A DNA stretch of 25,096 nucleotides from Alphaproteobacteria bacterium (GTDB lineage Bacteria; Pseudomonadota; Alphaproteobacteria; Rs-D84), in contig JAVBPX010000008.1 of assembly GCA_031549365.1 (NCBI GenBank), positions 1 through 25,096 of the forward strand, read 5' to 3'. Position 1 is the first letter of the stretch. Each line of letters starts with the position of its first letter. The translations under genes were made by a program, and so were the position numbers. Positions 8,697-16,452 of the stretch are shown here, one piece after another. Below the pieces are notes generated by a model. That model was not told the origin of the DNA, did no database searches, and saw only the letters and a list, made by a program, of their open reading frames with translations.

Positions 8697-9387
8697 TCAA
8701 ACCACCATCTTTTTCACGTTCAACTAACAAATCATCACGCAGCGGACCTACATCGCTTGTAATAACAACGTCCCCAACATTTAAACCAGATTTAACAACC
8801 ACACGATACTGATTGGACAAACCCAAAACAACATTGCGCTTTTTTGCGCGATTATTTTCAATCACCCATACGAAATACGATTTATCTTCGTCCTGCCAAA
8901 CCAATGAACGATCAATAATAATTTTATCATTCACAGTTTCTGATTCCGCCCCAACCTCGTAAAAAGGTTGCACATCCAAATCACTTGCAACAATACTTAT
9001 TCGAACAACATACAAACCAATATCCAAATCAATTTTGTTTGCAATTGATTCAATACGACCATTATATGTTTTATCATGATACTTTAATGTAACACGACCG
9101 CCCGTGGCCAAAGTACTTTTGTCATCAGGCCCGACATACGCTTTGAAAATATTTGAATTTCCAACACGAACAACCGTCAGAGGCTGATAAAATGTTTCGC
9201 TGAATTTTGCAACATCCACCCCAGTCACAGGCAATCCAACCTCTTGGTGCAAACGATCAATATTATAAACAGTTTTTCTAGCCTCTAAATGAATAATGGA
9301 CATACGACCAGCAACCAAAAACACCATCAACCCGGCAAAAATAATAAAGCGATAATAACGTTTGTGCTTTGCAATTGTTTTAATCAT
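8689..9387 (-). CDS. RND periplasmic adaptor (MFP), unusually short
   Basis: N-terminal TM; C-terminal VWVIENNRAKKRNVVLG...GLNVGDVVIT typical of the MFP membrane-proximal domain; overlaps both neighbours by 8 nt. Confidence 0.82.
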   Translation of the reverse strand: MIKTIAKHKRYYRFIIFAGLMVFLVAGRMSIIHLEARKTVYNIDRLHQEVGLPVTGVDVAKFSETFYQPLTVVRVGNSNIFKAYVGPDDKSTLATGGRVTLKYHDKTYNGRIESIANKIDLDIGLYVVRISIVASDLDVQPFYEVGAESETVNDKIIIDRSLVWQDEDKSYFVWVIENNRAKKRNVVLGLSNQYRVVVKSGLNVGDVVITSDVGPLRDDLLVEREKDGGLND

Positions 9388-10693
9388 TAACGTTCTCCGT
9401 CAATTTTTGAATCGTTGCTTCGGTCAAGGCCAAATCATACAGAGTATTTGCCAAACCAACCTGGGTACGAGTCAGAGATTGTTCAACATCATTCAATTCA
9501 ACCGCAGACGTCTGACCTGCTTGAAAACGATCCAACGACATATTATATGATTTCCCTGCCAAAACATTTGCTTCCTGTTGTGCTTTGTAAACATCAACCA
9601 TCCTGTGATAGCGATCAATCGCATCTATCAAATCTTTGCGCTTCATTTTTTTGGAATAATGCAAATCCTGGCGCGTTTTCGAAGCTTCCTGATATTCCTG
9701 GGTTGCCGCAGCAGACGCAGCACCACCATCAAACAACGGAATGGTCAATCCCAATGAAACACTGGCCGATTGTTGTTTCATCCCGTGCCACATATCTGCA
9801 TCGGTATGTAATGCATAATAATCATACCCGGCTTGCGCACCCAATGTTGGATAACGCGCGGCTTGCTTGGAACTGGCCATATATTCATGATATTTAACTT
9901 TGGAATCCAATAATGCAAATTCTGGATTTGCTTCTAACTTTGCCAATAAATCTTCCTGGCTGAATTTTTTAAATTCCTTTGGAAAATCATCAACCAATTT
10001 AATTGGCTCATTGTCGTCAATTTCTGCCATAACTCGCAATAAACGATATGCTTGATCTTGATGAATCTTTGCATCTTCCAATACTGGTTTACGTGCGGCA
10101 ATATCCGCTGAAACCTTGATCAAATTCGCCCGATTTGCACGTTGGGCTCCTGAATTTTTCAATAATTTTTCAGACTTTTCTGCATTTTTCAATGATTTTT
10201 CAGCAATCACAACCAATTCATCCGACATTTTCGCAGCATAATAAATCTGAACCGCCATCGCACGAATTTCACGTCTATAAACTTCACGTTCGTATGTGGC
10301 CATTGTTAACGCGCTCTTGGCGCTCTTAACTGCTTGACCAATCTGACCGAATGTATAAATTGGCTGGGTCAAAGACACGCCCAGATTTCCAATATTATTT
10401 GGAATTTCCAAACCTCCAACTCCCGGAATTCCCGCCGGCAATACGGCCGGATCACCCGGTTGGCGAACATTAATATTATTCGTATATGATGCATTTCCAT
10501 CCAGCGTAAACCAACGTTTGGAATTTGCTTGATCAACCACAGCTTCCATTTTTTCAATATTCATTTCCGCTTTTTTCAAATCATCGGACACAAACATAAT
10601 TTTTTCAACAGCCTGATCCAATGTCAACGAAATCGCCCCTGCGATATTCGGAATAATTGCAAACAATAAAAATAAAACTTTTTTATAACACAT
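9380..10693 (-). CDS. TolC-family outer membrane efflux protein
   Basis: Signal peptide then LTLDQAV; SLTQPIYTFG, ARYPTL, GLTIPLFDGG, RFQAGQTSAVEL. Start at ATG 10693 with RBS GAGGTG. Confidence 0.9.
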   Translation of the reverse strand: MCYKKVLFLLFAIIPNIAGAISLTLDQAVEKIMFVSDDLKKAEMNIEKMEAVVDQANSKRWFTLDGNASYTNNINVRQPGDPAVLPAGIPGVGGLEIPNNIGNLGVSLTQPIYTFGQIGQAVKSAKSALTMATYEREVYRREIRAMAVQIYYAAKMSDELVVIAEKSLKNAEKSEKLLKNSGAQRANRANLIKVSADIAARKPVLEDAKIHQDQAYRLLRVMAEIDDNEPIKLVDDFPKEFKKFSQEDLLAKLEANPEFALLDSKVKYHEYMASSKQAARYPTLGAQAGYDYYALHTDADMWHGMKQQSASVSLGLTIPLFDGGAASAAATQEYQEASKTRQDLHYSKKMKRKDLIDAIDRYHRMVDVYKAQQEANVLAGKSYNMSLDRFQAGQTSAVELNDVEQSLTRTQVGLANTLYDLALTEATIQKLTENVND

Positions 10694-10751
10694 TAAATAC
10701 ACCTCTAAAATTTTAATAAAAAAAGGTGTTACACACCTGCAACACAAATAA

Positions 10752-10779
10752 TTTATATCACTTTTACCAAATAATGCAA
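10752..10779 (-). promoter_or_regulatory. Putative promoter of efflux operon
   Basis: Minus strand TTGCAT - 16 bp - TATAAA, with TG extended -10. Confidence 0.5.
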
Positions 10780-10814
10780 GTATTTTATAATTCTAAAATC
10801 GCTTTATACAAAAC

Positions 10815-10842
10815 TTGACTTTTCTGATAAAATGCCTATAAT
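10815..10842 (+). promoter_or_regulatory. Putative promoter of hydrolase gene
   Basis: TTGACT (10815-10820) - 16 bp - TATAAT (10837-10842). Confidence 0.65.
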
Positions 10843-10876
10843 TGGAACACACAACAAAGGATTTAAGAAAAAAGCC

Positions 10877-11842
10877 ATGTCATCAGACCCTCTCTTATGT
10901 AACACTGAAAAAAGTTTTGATATAAAAAAAATTACAGCTAAAACCAAAACAAATAAACTTGATGTCAATGTCGAAATCAAGACGCATCGTGATTACAAAA
11001 ATTGCGCCACAGCAATCATGATCCACGGATTATTGGGCGATTGCGATGAAATTTTAATGAAAACATTTGAACGAAAACTTTACGCACGTGGTTGTAATGT
11101 TGCTAAAATACGAACTCCACTATCCATTAAACAAAGTGGGGATGTGTCCGAATTAACATATCAAAATCATTATGAATCATTGTCTGTTGGGGTTGATGTT
11201 ATTGGGAACGAAACTAATTTAACCGAAAAAAAATGTTTTGGCGTGGGCCACAGTTTGGGGGGCACAACGTTAATTAATTATATTTCTGAACATAAAACAA
11301 ACCCATTTAACGGAATAATTTTAATATCCCCCTATGCGGACAAGGATTTAGCCACACGTCGTGCAGCAATAAAATTCGGCGAAAGGACCCCTGAATACAA
11401 AGATTTTATGCATCAAAGCAACTTAAACGGCATCCAAATCATACCCGAAATTGCAAACCAAATGGCTATGGAATACGGGAAAAAAACGCCAACTTTTTCT
11501 GAATTTTTAAAACGCACAAAAATTATAAAAATGGAAATCGGCGGGATTAAATATGAACGTTCTTGCCCCTCTGCCATTTTTGGCGAGGTCAGCAACCTAA
11601 ACCCAGAATTCTTTGACCCAACAAAAATCGATTTACCTGTATTTACATTAATGGGGGCAAACGATACCGAAGTTCCGGTAAAATCAATCGAAAAATTCGT
11701 AAAAAATCTCCCGAACAAAATGAAAGTAAAAATAATATTACCAGGCGAAGGACATTTATACCAAGGCATTGAAAATCAATCCAGCTTTTGGCGTTTATTC
11801 AATATTCACGCAAAAAACTTTCTCTTGTCCCACGAAATATAA
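10877..11842 (+). CDS. Alpha/beta-fold hydrolase (serine esterase/lipase-like)
   Basis: IHGLLG oxyanion region, GHSLGG nucleophile elbow, GANDTEVP acid, GEGHLY His. ATG 10832 lies inside the promoter, so ATG 10877 is preferred. Confidence 0.87.
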   Translation: MSSDPLLCNTEKSFDIKKITAKTKTNKLDVNVEIKTHRDYKNCATAIMIHGLLGDCDEILMKTFERKLYARGCNVAKIRTPLSIKQSGDVSELTYQNHYESLSVGVDVIGNETNLTEKKCFGVGHSLGGTTLINYISEHKTNPFNGIILISPYADKDLATRRAAIKFGERTPEYKDFMHQSNLNGIQIIPEIANQMAMEYGKKTPTFSEFLKRTKIIKMEIGGIKYERSCPSAIFGEVSNLNPEFFDPTKIDLPVFTLMGANDTEVPVKSIEKFVKNLPNKMKVKIILPGEGHLYQGIENQSSFWRLFNIHAKNFLLSHEI

Positions 11843-11857
11843 ATTTGACCACACAAC

Positions 11858-11890
11858 AAATAATCCCCGAAATTTTCGAGGATTATTTTT
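11858..11890. terminator. Bidirectional terminator
   Basis: AAATAATCCCCGAAATTTTCGAGGATTATTTTT hairpin between convergent genes. Confidence 0.7.
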
Positions 11891-11914
11891 ATTTTACAAA
11901 ACATTTCAAAAGTT

Positions 11915-13897
11915 TTACTTACGACTTTTTTTTGATACCGATTTCGACACCGGCACGGACGAAGTTTCACGCGGTAACGGCTTAACCTCTTTACGTTTAA
12001 TCGTCTTACCTTTGGCCAATGCTTCAATTTCGTCTTTGTCCAATGTTTCATATTGAATCAACGCATCGGCAATTGCTTTGACCCGCGCTTTGTTTTTCGT
12101 AATGATTTTTTTGGAATCCGTATATGCTTCATCAATCATGCGACGGACTTCGGCATCAACCAATTCGGCTGTTTTATCCGATACATTTTCCAATGGACGA
12201 ACCTGGCCCCATGGCACTTCGGTTTCGGATACAGCAACCATTCCAACTTTTTTCGATAACCCGGCCAACGTAACAGCACGACGCGCCATCGATGTCGCAG
12301 ATTGAATATCACCCGCGGCACCCGTTGTAATTTTATCCGGCCCAAAAAATAATTCTTCGGCGACGCGACCCGACACAGCAATCGATAAATCAGCACGAAT
12401 TTCTGCCAAAGTCATTGAAACCTTGTCATCAATTGGCAAACGTTGAACCATACCCAACGCACGGCCGCGCGGAATAATTGTTGCCTTGTGAATTGGATCT
12501 GTAATATCTGCATAATGAACGGAAACAAACGCATGCCCAGCTTCGTGATACGCAGTCAATTTAATATCATTTTGGGACATTTTTTTACCTTTTTTCGGTC
12601 CCATCATGATTTTGTCTTTGGCTTCTTCGATATCATCCTGCATGATTGACACATGATTTGCTCGAACGGCCAATAATGCGGCTTCGTTTAATAAATTTTC
12701 CAATTCTGCCCCTGAAAACCCGGGTGTTGCACGTGCAACAACGGACAAATCCACATCATTATCCATTGTAACTTTTTTGGCATATAATTCCAAAATTTCC
12801 AAACGACCACGAACATCCGGCAAATCAATATATACGGATCGATCAAAACGTCCCGGACGCATTAACGCGGCATCCAAAACATCGGGACGATTTGTCGCAC
12901 CAATAATGATGACCCCGGAATTTGCTTCGAACCCGTCCATTTCAATTAACAATTGATTTAATGTTTGTTCTCGATCCTGATCGGATGGCATAATACCCTT
13001 GCCACGATGTTGCCCAATCGCATCAATTTCATCAATAAACACAATGCACGGCGCATGCTTTTTCGCAGTTTCAAATAATTCTTTGACACGACTGACGCCC
13101 AATCCAACCAATATCCCCGAAAAATCCGATCCGGATGCTGTAAAAAATGGAACATCGGCCTCGCCCGCAATGGCGCGCGCCAATAATGTTTTACCCGTCC
13201 CAGGAGCACCATACATCAAAACACCACGTGGTGAACGACCGCCCAAACGTGAAAAACGCGCAGGATTACGTAAAAATTCGACCAATTCTTCAACTTCGTG
13301 TTTCGCCTCGTCAATGCCAGCAACATCTTTGAATGTAACTTTTCCTTTGACCTGGCTGACAGCCATAACACGACGCCCAATCATACCACCAATTCCACCA
13401 CCAGCCGAACCACGCATTCCGCGAAATAACCAAAATAATAACAAAACACCAAAAATCAATGGCAATGCCCCGCCAATCACTTCCAATACGCTCATGGAAT
13501 CATCAACCGACACATCAACACCCATATCCGATAATTTTGATAACAATTCCGCGTCATACACAATAGTGGCGCGATACGCATTGCCGTCAACTGTTTTACC
13601 TGTTGCCTCGGTTTTCTTTAAAACCACAGTACTTAATTTTTTATCCTTGGCCGCATTCATAAATTCTGAAAAAGACAATTTTACAATTTCGCCCTTTTTT
13701 GCAGATTGTTCGGCCGCCATTTTAATAATGTTTGGTGTTTCTTTTTTTGCAACAGGCTTGTCCGTAATAACTTGTTCTGTAACGGTCGACGGAGCCTTGA
13801 TCACAGAATCACGACGTTGTTTAATCGGCATTGCCAATATTCCAATCAAAACCACCAACGCGACAATTGCATAAATTATTGATTTATCTTTTTTCAT
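11915..13897 (-). CDS. ftsH: ATP-dependent zinc metalloprotease FtsH
   Basis: Two TM segments, TFKDVAG, Walker A GAPGTGKT, Walker [34 protein letters not shown]; adjacent to tilS as usual. Confidence 0.96.
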   Translation of the reverse strand: MKKDKSIIYAIVALVVLIGILAMPIKQRRDSVIKAPSTVTEQVITDKPVAKKETPNIIKMAAEQSAKKGEIVKLSFSEFMNAAKDKKLSTVVLKKTEATGKTVDGNAYRATIVYDAELLSKLSDMGVDVSVDDSMSVLEVIGGALPLIFGVLLLFWLFRGMRGSAGGGIGGMIGRRVMAVSQVKGKVTFKDVAGIDEAKHEVEELVEFLRNPARFSRLGGRSPRGVLMYGAPGTGKTLLARAIAGEADVPFFTASGSDFSGILVGLGVSRVKELFETAKKHAPCIVFIDEIDAIGQHRGKGIMPSDQDREQTLNQLLIEMDGFEANSGVIIIGATNRPDVLDAALMRPGRFDRSVYIDLPDVRGRLEILELYAKKVTMDNDVDLSVVARATPGFSGAELENLLNEAALLAVRANHVSIMQDDIEEAKDKIMMGPKKGKKMSQNDIKLTAYHEAGHAFVSVHYADITDPIHKATIIPRGRALGMVQRLPIDDKVSMTLAEIRADLSIAVSGRVAEELFFGPDKITTGAAGDIQSATSMARRAVTLAGLSKKVGMVAVSETEVPWGQVRPLENVSDKTAELVDAEVRRMIDEAYTDSKKIITKNKARVKAIADALIQYETLDKDEIEALAKGKTIKRKEVKPLPRETSSVPVSKSVSKKSRK

Positions 13898-13959
13898 TTT
13901 TCATCCTTATTTAATACCCGTTAAACATAATACAAAATAGCCAAAAATACAAGGCCAAA

Positions 13960-14943
13960 TTAACAATTAAAAGACTTACTTTCACCCTCGCGCGTAATTA
14001 AAACTCGACCATTTAAAATTCGAATATAACAACGGTTCAATGTCATTGCATTATCTGGATCATTTAAAATCATATTTAAAATTCGTTTAATTGATTCGAA
14101 CTTGGCAGGATATTCGCCACCGCCAATTTTTTGAATTAAATGACTCACCAACTTCAATTGAACCTCGACCGGCAAATCCAATAAAATATTTGATTTAAAT
14201 ACAACACGATTATCAGCAATTTCCAATTCCGAAATTACTCGGTCTATTGTATGTTCAACAGAATCGCGAACACGCCCCAAATGGTTAATAGCCAATAAAA
14301 TCCGATCATCCGTTATTCCCAACATTTCGTCCATAACATGGCGATTTTTTCGAACACGAACGCGCAATAAATCCATATCATCATTCATTGGATCCATAAC
14401 ATATTCCAAATTATTCTGTTTGCAATATTGCTCCAAATCGATACGCTTGTAATTTAATAACGGACGAACCAGATTAACAGAATCCCGTTTTGAAACAACG
14501 CGCATTCCAGCTAATCCAAATACACCAGACCCACGGCCTAAATTAATCAAAAAGGTTTCAATCTGATCATCTGCATGATGAGCCAAAAACAAATTTGAAA
14601 TATTATTTTTTTTACAAAATTCAATCATTAAATTGTATCGTGCCGTCCGGGCAGCCTCTTCCACACCAGTATCCGGTTTGTCCCCAGACCAAGCCAAAGT
14701 AAAATGTTCCAGTCCAAAATCACGAGCATATCGTTTAACCATGCGCGCTTCGTCCGCGGATTCAACGCGCAACCCATGATCAACTGTTAAAACGGTAATT
14801 GAAATTTTATAAATCTTTGAATATTCGGCCAACATATGCATTAACGCCATGCTGTCCGCACCCCCGGATACAGCAACAACCACCCGCGTCCCTGGATATT
14901 TTGAAACAAAGCCATTCATAAAATTATTAAATTTTGAATTCAT
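13960..14943 (-). CDS. tilS: tRNA(Ile)-lysidine synthetase
   Basis: AVSGGADSMAL, TVDHGLR, EEAARTARY, LAHHADDQIETFL..L.RGSG..GL, RPLL, DPMN. Start ATG 14943 preferred over 14997. Confidence 0.93.
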   Translation of the reverse strand: MNSKFNNFMNGFVSKYPGTRVVVAVSGGADSMALMHMLAEYSKIYKISITVLTVDHGLRVESADEARMVKRYARDFGLEHFTLAWSGDKPDTGVEEAARTARYNLMIEFCKKNNISNLFLAHHADDQIETFLINLGRGSGVFGLAGMRVVSKRDSVNLVRPLLNYKRIDLEQYCKQNNLEYVMDPMNDDMDLLRVRVRKNRHVMDEMLGITDDRILLAINHLGRVRDSVEHTIDRVISELEIADNRVVFKSNILLDLPVEVQLKLVSHLIQKIGGGEYPAKFESIKRILNMILNDPDNAMTLNRCYIRILNGRVLITREGESKSFNC

Positions 14944-14986
14944 AACAAATGAAATAGCACACAAGCCGGAAAAAATCAATAACCGT

Positions 14987-15015
14987 TTGGCAAACATTCA
15001 AAAATATGGTATAAT
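14987..15015 (+). promoter_or_regulatory. Putative promoter of LOG gene
   Basis: TTGGCA - 17 bp - TATAAT with TG extended -10. Confidence 0.6.
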
Positions 15016-15045
15016 GCGCGCATATGAAATAACAAAGGATTTAAA

Positions 15046-15609
15046 ATGATGAACAATGGTAAAAAATTTGCAATGGCTGTATATTGCGGCGCCCGCGATG
15101 GGATTGATCCAATTTACCGTGAAATGGCTGAAAAATTGGGTAAATTAATGGCCGCGGAAAAAATCGGATTGGTATATGGCGGCGGCGATACGGGATTAAT
15201 GGGAACAGTTGCACGTTCGGTCCTCGAAAACGGCGGATCTGGCATCGGGATTACCACAGAATTAATATCAAAACGCGAACCTGTCTTGGCCGGAATGCCA
15301 ACCGAAGTCAAAGAAGATTTATTAAAACGCAAGGCCCGAATGATTGAATTATCCGACGCATTTTGCATTTTACCGGGCGGAATGGGCACAATGAACGAAG
15401 TAACCGACATCATGACCATGCACCAAATCGGCGAAACAAATTTACCAATCTACTTTTTAAACACAAACGGATACTGGAACAGATTTGGCGCAGTATTAAA
15501 CCACATGGTATCCCAGGGCTTCATCGGATCACAAACAGAATACAACATGACAATCTGTGACACCCCCGAAGACATAATCAAAGCATATAAATCACGTTTT
15601 TTTGAATAA
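15046..15609 (+). CDS. LOG-family (TIGR00730-like) nucleotide phosphoribohydrolase
   Basis: VYCGA, LVYGGG..GLMG, RKARMIELSDAF, PGGMGTMNE motif. Confidence 0.9.
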   Translation: MMNNGKKFAMAVYCGARDGIDPIYREMAEKLGKLMAAEKIGLVYGGGDTGLMGTVARSVLENGGSGIGITTELISKREPVLAGMPTEVKEDLLKRKARMIELSDAFCILPGGMGTMNEVTDIMTMHQIGETNLPIYFLNTNGYWNRFGAVLNHMVSQGFIGSQTEYNMTICDTPEDIIKAYKSRFFE

Positions 15610-15626
15610 AATTATATGATTTGCAC

Positions 15627-15654
15627 TTGACCCGAATCGAAAAGTCATTATAAT
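15627..15654 (+). promoter_or_regulatory. tRNA-Cys promoter
   Basis: TTGACC (15627-15632) - 16 bp - TATAAT (15649-15654), 10 nt upstream of the tRNA. Confidence 0.7.
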
Positions 15655-15664
15655 TATGCGTACT

Positions 15665-15738
15665 GGCCGGGTGGCAGAGTGGTTATGCAGAGGACTGCAA
15701 ATCCTTGTACGTCGGTTCGATTCCGGTCTCGGCCTCCA
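15665..15738 (+). tRNA. tRNA-Cys (GCA)
   Basis: 74 nt: acceptor GGCCGGG/CTCGGCC, anticodon arm GAGGA-CTGCAAA-TCCTT, T-loop TTCGATT, U73 discriminator, encoded CCA. Confidence 0.97.
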
Positions 15739-16169
15739 GTAATAAAAATATCCCCATTTATTGGGGATTTTTTGTTACTCCGATACTGGGATCGAACCGC
15801 GGTTCGCTTCGGAGTTGGGTTTTGCAAGTGTAACGCCGCGAAACTCTTACGAGAATGGAAAGGGGCCCACGAGTTTACGAGTGGGAATTACATTCCGGTC
15901 TCGGCCTCCAGAAAATAATAAACCATTCATACGAATGGTTTTTTGTTTTTTGGGGCAAAGGCCCTGGAATTGAACCGACCGCAACAAAGTTGCTCGGTTC
16001 GCTTCGGAGTAGGCAAGAACGAGCATTGCGAAGTTCGAGCCGTACGAGAATGGAAAGGGGCCCACAAATATATTTGTGGGAATTACATTCCGGTCTCGGC
16101 CTCCAGTAATAAAAATATCCCCATTTATTGAGGATTTTTTGTTACTCCGATACTGGGATCGAACCGCGG
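15720..16169 (+). repeat. tRNA-3'-end-linked tandem array of structured units (172 bp, 195 bp, plus 83-bp partial)
   Basis: ATTCCGGTCTCGGCCTCCAG at 15720, 15892 and 16087; shared blocks CGGTTCGCTTCGGAGT, TACGAGAATGGAAAGGGGCCCAC, GTGGGAATTAC; 16087-16169 matches 15720-15802 at 82/83. Confidence 0.92.
15739..15779 (+). terminator. Terminator-like hairpin after tRNA-Cys (analogues at 15911-15950 and 16106-16145)
   Basis: GTAATAAAAATATCCCCA-TTTAT-TGGGGATTTTTTGTTAC. Confidence 0.7.
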
Positions 16170-16324
16170 GCAAGAAAAATAACAAAGCTCAAAACATTTT
16201 AAATTACGATGATACGGCGGGTTCTTTTTATTTTCGAGAAAATCAAAAATATATAAAACACATCAAAACGAGTCATATAGACATTTTGTTTTTCAAAAAC
16301 CAAAGAGCGCGTACCATTTAAATG

Positions 16325-16452
16325 TAAAATCAGTCAAAACGTATCAGATGGTTGGGTTATTTTATTTTCAAGGGGTTGAGCGTATATAAACATACGTGAT
16401 ACCTCCGAGAAAATAAAAAACGCATCCAGATGATGCGTTTTCATTGATTTTA
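16325..16452. mobile_element. ERIC/RPE-like palindromic miniature element (128 bp, TA-flanked)
   Basis: Termini TAAAATCAGT / ATTGATTTTA; internal arms AAAACGTATCA/TGATGCGTTTT and TTTTATTTTC/GAAAATAAAA; core GAGCGTAT-ATAAAC-ATACGTGA; right TA coincides with the rpoD stop codon. Confidence 0.65.
16411..16441 (-). terminator. rpoD terminator nested in the palindromic element
   Basis: Minus strand AAAACGCATC-ATCTG-GATGCGTTTTTTATTT just after the stop. Confidence 0.65.

Noticed and set aside
15779-15800. Second tRNA on the minus strand (GGTTCGATCCC)
   Set aside because: Only a T-arm-like tract; no D-arm or anticodon arm. Treated as an antisense copy.
15739-16105. Prophage or integrative island between att sites
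   Set aside because: Only 172-195 bp between duplications with no integrase or cargo; at most a remnant or non-autonomous element.
15720-16169. CRISPR array
   Set aside because: The repeat is the tRNA 3' end, intervening segments are 150-175 bp and homologous to each other, and no cas genes are present.
15679-16321. Short ORFs over the tRNA and array (e.g. 15855..16109)
   Set aside because: They overlap the tRNA and hairpins, and the 172-bp period breaks frame; likely shadows of the repeat.
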